IMG/VR virus record: IMGVR_UViG_2879905790_000001
Location: 1 to 64,000 of that record
Strand: one strand, 5' to 3'
Length of the DNA stretch: 64,000 nucleotides
Source: a virus
Taxonomy: Duplodnaviria > Caudoviricetes
Part shown: positions 48,807 through 60,200 of the stretch, in pieces
Layout of the letters: each line of letters begins with the position of its first letter
Numbering within the stretch: position 1 is the stretch's first letter
Program-made: the position numbers and the translations under genes
Notes under the pieces: model-generated
Databases searched by the model: none
Told to the model about the DNA's origin: nothing
The model's input: the letters and a program-made list of their open reading frames with translations, nothing else

Positions 48807-49781
48807 ATGGAAAACAAACAAGAATTAAGACAAGCTAATAATTCAATTACTATTACAGGTGTTTTAAAAGAAAGTAAATTAAAAGCAGGTAAAAATGAAG
48901 ACGGAAATTACATAAATGGATCTTTAGTTATTAAAGCAGGAGAATTTACAGATTTAACAGTTAACATATTTCAAAAGGAAAAGACAGGTAAAGGGGAAAC
49001 ATCTAATAAATATTTAAAGCTAAAACAAATATTAGATAAAGAACAAAAAACAATGGCAGATGGTATTTCAGAAGAAGAAGCTACTAAGGTTAGAATATGG
49101 GGAAGTGATACTTTTACTTGTAGATTCGGAGAGAAATTTTATGAAAAAGATGGAGAACCAAAAGCAAGTCAAAGAATTGAGCTAGGATTCGGAAATATGA
49201 CTTTTGATGATAAAGTCAAGTCTGAAGATTATAAAGCAACATTTGATGTAGAGATGTATGTATCAAAAGTTGAAGACGAAACAAAGATTGAAAATGGTAT
49301 ACCTGTTCCAACTGGTAGAGTAATGATAACAGGATGGACACCTGTTTACGGAGGATTAGTAATACCAATGAAAGTAGTTGCAGGTGTTGTAAAAGATGAT
49401 GAAGGAAACGAATGTAATTTTGGAGAACAACTCAAATCTAATTTATATGAAGGAATAACCTTCAATGTATGGGGAGACATAGATTACAAAGAAATAACTA
49501 CAAAAGTTAAAAAAGGTGGTGGATTGGGAATAGCCAAAGTAGAAGATAAAAAAGAATATGTTCATGACTTAGTTGGAACAGGTGGAGATTTAATAACTGA
49601 CACTGAAAGAGCATATCAACCAGAAGCGATAAAGCAAGCAATAGCAGAAAGAAAATTAAAACAAGAAGAAGATATAAGAAAGCAGCAAGAAAAGAAAGGA
49701 AACAAAGGTAAAGGTTTTGGATTGTCAGGGGCAGCAGACCCTCAACCAGCAGATGGGGATGAAAATGATTGTCCATTTTAA
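48807..49781 (+). CDS. Phage single-stranded DNA-binding protein, YorF-like position
   Basis: NSITITG OB-fold start; acidic tail ending DENDCPF; first gene of the replication operon. Confidence 0.7.
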   Translation: MENKQELRQANNSITITGVLKESKLKAGKNEDGNYINGSLVIKAGEFTDLTVNIFQKEKTGKGETSNKYLKLKQILDKEQKTMADGISEEEATKVRIWGSDTFTCRFGEKFYEKDGEPKASQRIELGFGNMTFDDKVKSEDYKATFDVEMYVSKVEDETKIENGIPVPTGRVMITGWTPVYGGLVIPMKVVAGVVKDDEGNECNFGEQLKSNLYEGITFNVWGDIDYKEITTKVKKGGGLGIAKVEDKKEYVHDLVGTGGDLITDTERAYQPEAIKQAIAERKLKQEEDIRKQQEKKGNKGKGFGLSGAADPQPADGDENDCPF

Positions 49782-49795
49782 GAAATAGCTTAATC

Positions 49796-49821
49796 AAGTG
49801 GGTTGAGTGACCAACCCACTT
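49796..49821 (+). terminator. GC-rich hairpin after ssb
   Basis: AAGTGGGTTG-agtgac-CAACCCACTT. Confidence 0.6.
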
Positions 49822-49880
49822 CACAATATGTAGAAACTATAAAAAATAATTAAAAAATTTAAAATTTTAGGAGGAGTTTT

Positions 49881-50885
49881 ATGATAAATATATTAGATGT
49901 TCAACCAAACAAAGTTTCTAGGGATTTAACTCAATATCCCATAGCATTAATGGGAAAAACAGGAGCAGGTAAAACAAGAACAATGAAAGAGATATTAGAA
50001 AGTTTCTCAGAGGGAAATAAAAAACCATTATTTCTAATGTTTGAAGATAGATATGCAGGTATACCTGGAATAATGGCTCAAAGAATACGTAGTATACCTG
50101 ATTTACAAATGGCGGTTCAGCAATTAAAGAATCCTAAAGCAAAAGAAATATACTCTTGTATTGTAATAGATACAGTTCAAAAGTTTGAAAGTATGATGAT
50201 TTCCTACACTACTAGAGGAAAGAATGTGCAAATATTGGATGATATAGGTCAATATGGAAAAGGTACTAAATACTATAGAAGTAATCTACAGGTTATAGAA
50301 GATATAAAATCAGCAGGATTCACCATTCATTACATAGCACAAGCAGAAGAAACACAGGATAAAGACCAGAATATAATATATAGATTAAAAACTAATGATA
50401 AAAATACTTTAAAACCAGTTACTCAAGATGCTTATTTTATAGGATTCTTATGGAACGAAGAAAAAGAAAATGGTGAAGTAGAATATAAATTAACATTCAA
50501 GAAATCTGAAAAAGTACCAGATTTAAAGGACACATTTGGCTTACCAAAAATTGTTAAATATCAAGATTTAAAACAAGAAATTGAGAAAGCCATTGATGAT
50601 ATGGGAGAAGATTTTATCACAGATGATAGGACAATTAATAAAGAGCAAGAAAAAGTCCCATTTAAAGAAGTTATAGATAAAGCTAGTAAATTAGGAAAAT
50701 TATTATATCAAAACAAAAGGAGTGCTGAAGCAGATGCGGTTTTAAGAAATAATTTAGAGATAGATGAAGAAGGAAATGTACCACCTTTAAAATCTCTTAT
50801 AGAAAATCAAAGAGATGTAGCAGAAATGGTAGTGATACAACTACAAGAATTAGTAGACAAATATGAGTTAAAATTAGAAGAATAA
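49881..50885 (+). CDS. AAA_24/Sak4-like ATPase, YorG-like
   Basis: GKTGAGKT, IVIDT. Confidence 0.75.
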   Translation: MINILDVQPNKVSRDLTQYPIALMGKTGAGKTRTMKEILESFSEGNKKPLFLMFEDRYAGIPGIMAQRIRSIPDLQMAVQQLKNPKAKEIYSCIVIDTVQKFESMMISYTTRGKNVQILDDIGQYGKGTKYYRSNLQVIEDIKSAGFTIHYIAQAEETQDKDQNIIYRLKTNDKNTLKPVTQDAYFIGFLWNEEKENGEVEYKLTFKKSEKVPDLKDTFGLPKIVKYQDLKQEIEKAIDDMGEDFITDDRTINKEQEKVPFKEVIDKASKLGKLLYQNKRSAEADAVLRNNLEIDEEGNVPPLKSLIENQRDVAEMVVIQLQELVDKYELKLEE

Positions 50886-50958
50886 AATAATTTAATAATA
50901 GGGAAGGTGTTGATTCATCTTCCTTAAATTTTAATGGTTGCTTGTAAGAGGTGATGAT

Positions 50959-51462
50959 TTGGCTAGAAAAGTTAAATGCCCTATATGTAATAAATTAAAT
51001 GAAAAAGAAGATGCTGTTGAAATAAAAAAAAGATACTATTGTAAAGAATGTGCAAAAAGAAAAGAAGACAAGACAAAGCGTAATAAAGACAATTGGGATG
51101 AGTTATTTCAATATATTTGTAATTTATACAATATAAAAACATTAAATGGATTTATGTTTAAGCAATTAAAAGAATTTAGAGAAGAATATGGATATACTAA
51201 TGCAGGAATATTATTAACTTTAAAATATTACTATGAAACTTTAGAGAATGAAGTGAAAGAAGGAACTGGATTAGGAATTGTTCCTTACTACTATGAAAAA
51301 GCAAAAGAGCAGTTTTTAAATGTATCTAAAATTAGAAAAAAATTAAAGGATTTCAAGGACATAGAAAAAGAAACTACAATAAAAATTTCTCCTTGTAAAA
51401 AGAATAAAGAACTAACAAAACAGTTATCTTTTGAAAAAATAAAATGGGAAGACAAAGACTAA
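50959..51462 (+). CDS. Zinc-finger replication protein, YorH-like (possible helicase loader)
   Basis: CPIC...YYCKEC; GLGIVPYYYEKA. Confidence 0.6.
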   Translation: MARKVKCPICNKLNEKEDAVEIKKRYYCKECAKRKEDKTKRNKDNWDELFQYICNLYNIKTLNGFMFKQLKEFREEYGYTNAGILLTLKYYYETLENEVKEGTGLGIVPYYYEKAKEQFLNVSKIRKKLKDFKDIEKETTIKISPCKKNKELTKQLSFEKIKWEDKD

Positions 51463-51478
51463 ATAAGGAGGAATATGT

Positions 51479-53056
51479 ATGAATCAAAACATGTTAGGAA
51501 AAAAATACTATGATAGTAGGTCAGCCTGTCAAGTTATAGGCTCTTTGATCCAAAATCCTATGTTAATAAAAAAATCAGAATATAAATTAGAACAAGATGA
51601 TTTTGTCAAACCATTACATATGTCAATATTTACGGTTATTTATAATTTAGCCTATCAAGGAGTAAAAACAATAGGTATTTCAGAAATTGAAACTTATTTA
51701 GCCAATAATGATTTGCTAAATCACAAAAAAATATTTGAAAATGAGAAGAATTTAGAATGGTTAAATAAAATAATTCAAGACGCAAATATTTCAAATTTTG
51801 AATATTATTATGATGTTGTTAGAAAGATGTCTTTATTAAGAAACTATATTAAGAATGGTATTAATGTAAAAGATATTTTAGATGTTGATGAGATTGATGT
51901 AACAATTGAAAAAATACAACGTGAAAAATTTAATAAGATGTCCATTAAAGATATTATAAGTATGATGGATAAGAAAAACATACAGTCTAAAAAAAGGTTT
52001 GTATTAAAAAGCAATATAGTAAGTAGAAAAGCAGGAGATGAAGCAGAGGAATTAAGAAAAAGATTAAAGGAGAATCCTCCATATGGACTTAGTTTCGAGA
52101 GTAAATATCTTAATGAAATAACAAAAGGGGCTTCAGGGGGTAAAGTCTTATTAGAGACTAGAGATACTGGTTGTGGTAAAACAAGAGTGGCTATAAGAAG
52201 ACTTTTAAACTTTACTGCACCTTATCTATGGGATTTTAAAAAAGAAAAATTTATATCTAATCCAAATGGACAACATAATAGTGGATTATACATAGGAACT
52301 GAAATGGATGTTTATGAAGAATTAGAACCTATGATGTGGGCATTTATTTCAGGTGTTGAAGAGAGTAGAATTTTGTATGAAGTTTTAACAGAAGAAGAAA
52401 ATAAAAGAGTTGATAGGGCAATTAAAATATTAGAAGAAACGAAATTATATTTAATTGATAATGCTGATTTTGACATATCTTTTTTACAACAAACGATAGA
52501 AGAATATAAAATAAATTATAATATAGGTTTTGTTGGTTTAGATTATATAGAATTAAATAGCGGCTTATCTGCTGAATATTCTGAGATGACAAAAGGAATG
52601 ACAGTAAGAGAAGACCAAGTATTATTAAATTTATCAAAAGATTTAAAAAATATTGCTAAAAAATATGATGTGTTTATTAATGCTTTTACTCAAACTACAG
52701 ATGAAGCTAGAAGAGAACATGTTAGAGATCAACGAGCTGTAAAAGGTGCTAGAAGCTTACCTAATAAAGTAGACTTAGGCATGGTTGTATTTGAACCTGA
52801 TAAAAAAGAAATGGAGAAAATACAACCAATAATAGAACAAATGAAAGGATTAATTAAAAAACCCAATATTTGTTATTCTATTTATAAAAATAGAGGTGGT
52901 AAATTAAAACTAATTAGAATTTTTGGTTATCAAGATTTAGGTACGATGGAATTTGTAGATTTATTTTGTACTAACTGGGACTATGAAAGGATTAACGTAA
53001 ATAAAATTAATATAGAAGTTACAGAGAATGATGAAATAATAGCAACGTCATATTAA
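51479..53056 (+). CDS. DnaB-like replicative helicase, YorI-like
   Basis: TGCGKT, GTEM, LDYI, FTQ, KNRGG. Confidence 0.85.
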   Translation: MNQNMLGKKYYDSRSACQVIGSLIQNPMLIKKSEYKLEQDDFVKPLHMSIFTVIYNLAYQGVKTIGISEIETYLANNDLLNHKKIFENEKNLEWLNKIIQDANISNFEYYYDVVRKMSLLRNYIKNGINVKDILDVDEIDVTIEKIQREKFNKMSIKDIISMMDKKNIQSKKRFVLKSNIVSRKAGDEAEELRKRLKENPPYGLSFESKYLNEITKGASGGKVLLETRDTGCGKTRVAIRRLLNFTAPYLWDFKKEKFISNPNGQHNSGLYIGTEMDVYEELEPMMWAFISGVEESRILYEVLTEEENKRVDRAIKILEETKLYLIDNADFDISFLQQTIEEYKINYNIGFVGLDYIELNSGLSAEYSEMTKGMTVREDQVLLNLSKDLKNIAKKYDVFINAFTQTTDEARREHVRDQRAVKGARSLPNKVDLGMVVFEPDKKEMEKIQPIIEQMKGLIKKPNICYSIYKNRGGKLKLIRIFGYQDLGTMEFVDLFCTNWDYERINVNKINIEVTENDEIIATSY

Positions 53057-53069
53057 AGGAAGGAGTAAT

Positions 53070-54200
53070 ATGATTAGTTCAGAACAATTAATAGATAAAA
53101 TAGAAACTAAAGATGTTATTGAAATTTTAATTCAATTAGGAAGTAAATTTCCTAAGAAAGATTCTCAAGGAAATTTATATTTTCAAACGATTTGTCATGG
53201 TGGAAGCAAACATAAATTACATTATTTTACGGAAAGCAAAATGTTTATGTGTTATACAAATTGTGGAAGTATGAGCTTATTTGATTTATTAATGACAACA
53301 AAAAATTGGGATTTTAAAGAAGCTTTTAAATTTGTAGCTAATTTTAAGGGTATATCATTATATGATAAGGGTGTTGGATTACAAAATAAGAAAGAAGATA
53401 ATGAAGATTTATATTTTTTAAATCAACATTTATATGTTCCTAAGAAAAAACCTATAGTATTGCCTAGTTTTAATAAAAAAATATTAAATATATTTGACAA
53501 CTATTGTCCTAGTAGTTGGATAAATGAAGGAATATCAATTGAAATAATGAAATATTATGGGATTAGATTTTATTTCAATCAATATAAAGCTATTATACCT
53601 CATTATGACATACATGGTAATTTAGTAGGAATTAGGGGCAGGAATTTTTTACAATCAGAAATAGATGCAAATAGAAAATATATTCCTATTACGATTCAAA
53701 ATTTAACATATAGATACCCCAAAAATTATAATTTATATGGTATATATCAAAATCAAAATAATATAAAAAAATATAAGAAAGCTATTATATTTGAATCAGA
53801 AAAATCAGTATTACATTTAGGCAGCATACATGGACAAGATAAAAATATATCAGTAGCTACTATGGGAATGACATTGAGTTATTATCAAAGAGATTTACTA
53901 ATAAACTTAGGAATAGAAGAGCTTATAATAGCTTTAGACAAACAATATGAAATAGAATACTTAATTGAAGACAAAAAAGACACAAAGCAATATAAAGAGT
54001 ATATAAAGTATTTAAAAAACTTACATAAAATAGTTAAAATGTTTATTGATTATTGTAATGTTTCAATTATATTATGTTGGGACAATAGAATTAATTATAA
54101 AGATGCCCCAATTGATTGTGGTGAAAAGATATTTGAACAATTAATGCAGGAAAGATACATAGTTGAAGATTTAGAGGAGATTGAAAGTTTAATAAAATAA
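53070..54200 (+). CDS. DNA primase, YorJ-like
   Basis: CH...CYTNC zinc finger; LVGIRGR; FESEKSV TOPRIM. Confidence 0.85.
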   Translation: MISSEQLIDKIETKDVIEILIQLGSKFPKKDSQGNLYFQTICHGGSKHKLHYFTESKMFMCYTNCGSMSLFDLLMTTKNWDFKEAFKFVANFKGISLYDKGVGLQNKKEDNEDLYFLNQHLYVPKKKPIVLPSFNKKILNIFDNYCPSSWINEGISIEIMKYYGIRFYFNQYKAIIPHYDIHGNLVGIRGRNFLQSEIDANRKYIPITIQNLTYRYPKNYNLYGIYQNQNNIKKYKKAIIFESEKSVLHLGSIHGQDKNISVATMGMTLSYYQRDLLINLGIEELIIALDKQYEIEYLIEDKKDTKQYKEYIKYLKNLHKIVKMFIDYCNVSIILCWDNRINYKDAPIDCGEKIFEQLMQERYIVEDLEEIESLIK

Positions 54201-54222
54201 AAATATTTTAACAAGAAGGGGA

Positions 54223-56037
54223 TTGATAAATCGAATGAAATTTAAAAGTTTAAATGATGGGTATGATTTCATTAATGAAAATAATTTATTAGATGTTTTA
54301 TTGTCTAATCGGGGAATAAAGAATCCTCAAAAATTATTAAATTTAACAAGTGATGTTATTCATGATGGAATGTTATTTGAAAATATGAATAAAGGATTGA
54401 AATTGTTTGATGAATACATAGAAAGAAGTAAGAATGAGTTAATAAAAATTAGATTTATAGTTGATTCAGATGTTGATGGATATACATCGTCTGCATTAGG
54501 AATACAATATATAAATGATTTAAAAAAGAAATATAATTTAAATATAAATATAGATTATATATTACATAGTGAAAAACAACATGGAATAATTTTAAAAGAA
54601 TTTAATAATTTTGACATAAATTTATTGATCATTCCAGATGCAGGGTCAAACGATGTAGCAGAATGCAAAGAATTAAAAGATAAAGGAATAGATATACTCA
54701 TTCTTGACCATCATGACATAGAAGAAAACAATCCATATGCTGTAGTTCTTAACAATCAAGATGGTGAATATCCTAATAATACTTTATCAGGGGTTGGAGT
54801 TACGTATAAATTTTTTAAAGAATATGATAAAAAATACAATAATGATTTTGCAGATAAATATTTAGATTTAGTCGCTTTAGGGAACATTGCTGACCAAATG
54901 GATTTAAGAAATTATGAAACTAGGTATTTAACTTTATCAGGTGTAAAACAATTTGATAAATATAATGTTTTTTTAAAAGAGTTAGTGGAGAAACAATCTT
55001 TTAGTTTAAAAAATAATATAACTATAATGGGAATTGGTTGGTATATAGCACCTTTATTAAATGCAATAGTTAGAAGTGGAAAAGAAAATGAAAAAATAGA
55101 TGTGTTTAGAGCTTTAATAGGAGAACAGGAATACAGGGAATATAAGACTAGAAAAAGTAAAAAAAACCCTAATCCACAAATAGAAAAAGAGTCTTTACAA
55201 AAATATATGGCAAGAGTTTGTACTACTGTAAAGGGAAGACAAGATAGAGAAGTTAAAAAAGGAGTAGAAAAATTAAATGATAAAATAAAAGAGAAACAAT
55301 TAGATCAAAATAAGATATTAATAGTAGATGGGACAAACATACTAGAAAAATCTTATACTGGATTAGTAGCTAACAAGTTAGCTAGTACATATAAACGACC
55401 AGTGTTATTATTACGAAAAATTAAAAAAGGTGTATATGGTGGAAGTGGTAGAAATTATAGACTATCTCCTATAATTGATTTAAAAAAATTTCTAAGTGAA
55501 TTTAACACTTTTGATAAATTAAAAGGGCATGATAACGCCTTTGGACAAGAAATTAAATTAAATAAGTTAATAGAAACAAATAAAAAAATCAATGAATCAT
55601 TACAGAATATGAGTATTGAAGATGTATATAAAGTAGATTATGAAATACCAATAGGAAGATTAAAAGAAAAGCATATTTCTCAAGTAGGCGAATGGAATGA
55701 TATATGGGGAAATACCTTAGATGAACCATTGTTTGCAATAACAGATATATATTTAACCACAGATGAAATACGTTTGTTAGGTTCAAAGAAAAATATAATT
55801 AAATTTGAAAAAAAAATAGGTAGTAATAAAATTACTTTTATAAAATTTTTTGCTAGTGAAAAGATTTATAATAGAATGACACTAAAGCAAGAGCATGGTT
55901 TAAATAAGGATGGAGAAAAGAAATTGAAAATGGATATTATAGGTAAATTTAAAATTAATGAATGGGAAGAGAATAAATATCCTCAGATAGAAATAATAGA
56001 TTTTAATTCTATAGAAGATAAAGAATTTTTATTTTAA
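54223..56037 (+). CDS. recJ: RecJ-like ssDNA exonuclease (DHH)
   Basis: DSDVDG, PDAGS, LDHH, GSGR, GHDNAFG. Confidence 0.9.
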   Translation: MINRMKFKSLNDGYDFINENNLLDVLLSNRGIKNPQKLLNLTSDVIHDGMLFENMNKGLKLFDEYIERSKNELIKIRFIVDSDVDGYTSSALGIQYINDLKKKYNLNINIDYILHSEKQHGIILKEFNNFDINLLIIPDAGSNDVAECKELKDKGIDILILDHHDIEENNPYAVVLNNQDGEYPNNTLSGVGVTYKFFKEYDKKYNNDFADKYLDLVALGNIADQMDLRNYETRYLTLSGVKQFDKYNVFLKELVEKQSFSLKNNITIMGIGWYIAPLLNAIVRSGKENEKIDVFRALIGEQEYREYKTRKSKKNPNPQIEKESLQKYMARVCTTVKGRQDREVKKGVEKLNDKIKEKQLDQNKILIVDGTNILEKSYTGLVANKLASTYKRPVLLLRKIKKGVYGGSGRNYRLSPIIDLKKFLSEFNTFDKLKGHDNAFGQEIKLNKLIETNKKINESLQNMSIEDVYKVDYEIPIGRLKEKHISQVGEWNDIWGNTLDEPLFAITDIYLTTDEIRLLGSKKNIIKFEKKIGSNKITFIKFFASEKIYNRMTLKQEHGLNKDGEKKLKMDIIGKFKINEWEENKYPQIEIIDFNSIEDKEFLF

Positions 56038-56088
56038 AACTTCTTTATAAATTAAAATAATTTGATAAAAAAATAAACAATAACGGAG

Positions 56089-59000
56089 ATGATATTTTTG
56101 AATGAAGAGTTGGATTTTATACATTTGCATGTACATGGAGAAGATAGTAATTTGCGTTTGTTAGATAGTACAAATAAAAACGAAAAAATGATAAGGTATG
56201 TAAATTCATTAAATCAAAATGGTCTAGCATTAACTGACCATGAATGTTTAAGTGGACATATTCAGTTTTTAAAAATTATACAAGATTTAAAAGAAAAAAA
56301 GCAGATTTCCCAAGATTTTAAGCCCATCTTAGGAAACGAAATATATTTAACAGATGAAAATGATATGTATAGAGAGATTAAAGAGGATGGAAGAACTACT
56401 TTTTATCATTATTTGTTATTAGCTAAAGATAAAATAGGTCATAGAATGTTAAGAGAACTATCTACTAGAGCTTGGAAGAGAAGTTTCAATTATAAAAATA
56501 TGGAACGTGTACCTACATATTATAAAGATATAGAAGAGGTTATAGGAGATAATAAAGGACATTTAATAGCTAGTACAGCTTGTTTAGGTGGATATTTAGC
56601 TCAAAATGTTTTAAAAATATTAAATTCAGAATCTAAAACTGAAATAAATAAATATAAATGTAAAATTCATGATTTTATTACTTGGAATTTAGATGTTTTT
56701 GGTGATGATTTCTATATTGAATTGCAGCCATCTTTAATGGAAGATCAAATTGAATTTAATAAATATGTTTTAGATATTGCTAAGGCATATAAAGTAAAAT
56801 GTATAGTAACCACCGATGCTCATTATCTTACTCCTGAAGATAGACCAATTCATGAAGCATATTTAACATCTGATTCTGAAGGAGAGAGTAATAGGGAAGT
56901 TGGTGCATTCTATAGTAGTACATATTTTTTTACTATAGATATGTTGCAAAAGAATCTAAAATATTTAGATAAAGATACTGTAAAACAATTAATTAATCAC
57001 ACAAAAGAAATAGCAGATAAGGTAGAACAATATAGTTTAGAAAAAGATCAAGAAATACCAAAAACTAAATTACCAGAAGAAAAGGATTGGTTTAGAAACA
57101 ATTATTTTCAAAATTTAGGGGATGAATATGAATACGTTAAGATTATGGCTCATTCAGAAGAACCATATGATAGATTTATGATATCACAAGTTTATAAAGG
57201 CATGATGGACAAAGCTCAATTAGGAAGACTAAAAAAAGAAGATATGGAAGAAACTTTTGAAAGATTAAATATAGAATGTAAAGAATTAATAGGAATATCA
57301 AAAGCAAAAGGAAAACCAATTAGCAGCTATTTTACAACGATGCAAAAAAATGTAGACATCATATGGGAAGAAGCAGAAAGCATAATTGCTCCATCAAGAG
57401 GTAGTGCTTTAGGATATATAATAGACTATTTTTTAGGCATTACTCAAATAAATCCTTTGAAACAAGGACTGTATTTACCTCATTGGAGATTTATTAGTGC
57501 TGAAAGACCAGATTATCCAGATATTGATATTGATATAGCATCACATAAGAGAGACATAGCCTTTGAGAAAATAAGGGAATATTATCAATCTATAGGTGGA
57601 GATGTTGTTCGTGTAGGTACATTTGGGACAGAAACATCTAAATCAGCTATTCAAACTGCATGTAGAGGATTGCACATTAATAGTGATATAGGGTTATATT
57701 TAAGTTCACTTATTCCTGTGGATAGAGGTAAGGTGTGGAGTTTAAGTGATTGCTATTATGGGGACAAAGAAAAAGGCAAACAACCGATTACTGAATTTAA
57801 AAACGCTGTGGACGAACATAAAGATAAAAATTTATTAAAAGTAGCACTAGGGATAGAAGGACTAAAAAACAAACGCTCAACACATGCTTGTGGTGTTATA
57901 ATTTTTAATACAAATCCATCAGAGTATTGCCCTTTAATGAAAGCTCCTAGTGGTGAATTAATAACTCAATATGAATTACATGATGCAGAAAGTGTTGGCT
58001 GTACTAAGTATGACTTTTTAAATACAAAAACTTGTGCAATGATACAAAAAACATTAGAAATGTTAATTGAGCATGGAAAAATAGAATGGCAGGGTTCATT
58101 AAGAAAAACATATGATAAATATTTACATCCTGATATTATAGATAAAGAAAATCCTGAATTATGGAAGAAATTGAATCAAGGAGAAGTTATTTCAGCTTTT
58201 CAATTTGATTCGTTAGCAGGTGAAAATACATTAAAAAAAATAAATCCTATGAATATTTTAGAAGCAAGTGCAGGAAATACTTTAATGAGATTAATGGGGC
58301 AAGATGGCAAAGAACAACCCATTGACATGTATGTTAGATATAAAAAAAACATAAATGAATGGTTTAAAGACATGGAACAATTTGGACTATCAAATAAAGA
58401 ACAAGAATTGATGAAAAAATATTTATTAAAAGATTATGGAGTATGTGCAACACAAGAAAGTATGATGATGATGTCTATGGATAAAAGTGTGTCTGGTTTT
58501 AATGTTAAAGAAAGTAATGTTCTTAGAAAAAGTGTTGCAAAGAAAAAACCAGAATTACTAGAAGAAAGCAAGAACAGACTATTTGAGAAGGGGAAGCAAT
58601 TAGGAGCATCTAAAAAGGTATTAGATTATGTATGGGAACAATTCTCCATGCAGAAGGGTTACAGTTTCTCAATTCTTCATACTATTGGATATACATATGT
58701 TTTAATACAACAACTAAATCTAGTTCATTATTATCCTCCTATTTACTGGAATACAGCAGTTTTATTAGTGGAATCAGGGGCTTTAGGACAAGAGGGTATG
58801 GAAGAATTTGAAACAAATAGGAAAGAAAAAACTACAAATTATGGTACAGTAGCTAAGGCAATAGGAAGTATGCAAGATAAAGGTGTTAATATAACATTAC
58901 CAAATATAAATAAAGCTAAAATAGGTTTCGAACCATATGAAGAAACAGATGAAATCATGTTTGGATTAAAAGGTGTTATGAATATTAATGCTGAAACATC

Positions 59001-60171
59001 AAAAATTATAATGGAAAATAGACCTTTTAAAAACTTAAAAGATTTTCATGAAAGAATGGTTTTAGTAAAGAAAGAAGTAGTATTGTCTACAGGGAAAAAA
59101 CAACAAAAAAGCTTAGTATCAGATTCACAAGTAATTATGTTAATAAAATCAGGAGCTTTTGACAAGATTGAAAACAAACCAAGAGAAGAAATATTAGAAA
59201 AATATTTAAAGTATACTAATCCAAACAAGAAAAAAATATCAGGTAAAACTATTAATCATGTTATAGAAATGGGAATAATACCCTCTAATTTAAAAGAAGA
59301 AGTAAAAATGTTCAAATTTAAAGAATACATAAAAACTTTAACAAATAAAAAAGATGAAAAAGTTAAATCTATAAAATGGTATAGATTAAAAGGGAAAAAT
59401 GATAACATAACAGACTATACAGTAAACTTCTTCTTAAATAATCTTGCTATAGATATTGATATGCAAGAAGATAAAGATTATTATTACGATGAAAAAGGAG
59501 ATTTATGGGTTGCTTTAGGTACAACTAGAAAAGGCTCATTTGAAAATGTATATAAAAAGCAAATAATTAAACTGACTGAATGGTTAAACAGTAAAGAGTG
59601 CTTAGATACATATAATAATAATTTATTCTGGGAAATAAAAGATAAAGAAATGAAAGGGAATATAAGTACATGGGAAATGGAATCTATGAACTATTATTAT
59701 CATGAACATGAATTAGCTTGTGTAAATAGAAAAAAATATAAAATAGAAAATTATTATGATTTACCAGAAGAACCAATAATAACAGGATTTACTATGTATA
59801 AAAAGATGAGATATCCAAAATTTGAATTAACAAGAATTGTAGGAACAGTTTTAGATAGAAACAAGAATAAACACATAGTTTCTTTGTTGACACCAAATGG
59901 AGTTGTAAATGTTAAGTTTTATAGTGGACAATTTACATTTTATGATAAGAACATTTCAAAAGTTGATGAAAAAGGTAAAAAGACTGTTTTAGAAAATGGC
60001 TGGTTTAAAAGAGGAGAAAAGTTGTTAGTCACTGGATTTAGAAAAGAACAAGTATTTAAACCAAAAAGATATAAAAATAGTATTTTCCCTCATACAGTAC
60101 AGAAGATATTAGAAGTAAAAGAAAATGGAGATATAATTTTACAAAGTGAGAGGTATAGAGAGAAAGAATAA
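56089..60171 (+). CDS. dnaE: DNA polymerase III alpha subunit
   Basis: HLHVH, LTDHE PHP domain; SRGSA; PDIDID; STHACG; KYDFL; YSFSILH. Confidence 0.95.
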   Translation: MIFLNEELDFIHLHVHGEDSNLRLLDSTNKNEKMIRYVNSLNQNGLALTDHECLSGHIQFLKIIQDLKEKKQISQDFKPILGNEIYLTDENDMYREIKEDGRTTFYHYLLLAKDKIGHRMLRELSTRAWKRSFNYKNMERVPTYYKDIEEVIGDNKGHLIASTACLGGYLAQNVLKILNSESKTEINKYKCKIHDFITWNLDVFGDDFYIELQPSLMEDQIEFNKYVLDIAKAYKVKCIVTTDAHYLTPEDRPIHEAYLTSDSEGESNREVGAFYSSTYFFTIDMLQKNLKYLDKDTVKQLINHTKEIADKVEQYSLEKDQEIPKTKLPEEKDWFRNNYFQNLGDEYEYVKIMAHSEEPYDRFMISQVYKGMMDKAQLGRLKKEDMEETFERLNIECKELIGISKAKGKPISSYFTTMQKNVDIIWEEAESIIAPSRGSALGYIIDYFLGITQINPLKQGLYLPHWRFISAERPDYPDIDIDIASHKRDIAFEKIREYYQSIGGDVVRVGTFGTETSKSAIQTACRGLHINSDIGLYLSSLIPVDRGKVWSLSDCYYGDKEKGKQPITEFKNAVDEHKDKNLLKVALGIEGLKNKRSTHACGVIIFNTNPSEYCPLMKAPSGELITQYELHDAESVGCTKYDFLNTKTCAMIQKTLEMLIEHGKIEWQGSLRKTYDKYLHPDIIDKENPELWKKLNQGEVISAFQFDSLAGENTLKKINPMNILEASAGNTLMRLMGQDGKEQPIDMYVRYKKNINEWFKDMEQFGLSNKEQELMKKYLLKDYGVCATQESMMMMSMDKSVSGFNVKESNVLRKSVAKKKPELLEESKNRLFEKGKQLGASKKVLDYVWEQFSMQKGYSFSILHTIGYTYVLIQQLNLVHYYPPIYWNTAVLLVESGALGQEGMEEFETNRKEKTTNYGTVAKAIGSMQDKGVNITLPNINKAKIGFEPYEETDEIMFGLKGVMNINAETSKIIMENRPFKNLKDFHERMVLVKKEVVLSTGKKQQKSLVSDSQVIMLIKSGAFDKIENKPREEILEKYLKYTNPNKKKISGKTINHVIEMGIIPSNLKEEVKMFKFKEYIKTLTNKKDEKVKSIKWYRLKGKNDNITDYTVNFFLNNLAIDIDMQEDKDYYYDEKGDLWVALGTTRKGSFENVYKKQIIKLTEWLNSKECLDTYNNNLFWEIKDKEMKGNISTWEMESMNYYYHEHELACVNRKKYKIENYYDLPEEPIITGFTMYKKMRYPKFELTRIVGTVLDRNKNKHIVSLLTPNGVVNVKFYSGQFTFYDKNISKVDEKGKKTVLENGWFKRGEKLLVTGFRKEQVFKPKRYKNSIFPHTVQKILEVKENGDIILQSERYREKE

Positions 60172-60200
60172 TTTAAAATTTAGTAATGGTATTTTAGGGA

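Noticed and set aside
56089-60171. Intein or intron in dnaE
   Set aside because: No intein splice or LAGLIDADG motifs seen; length is in line with SPbeta-type DnaE
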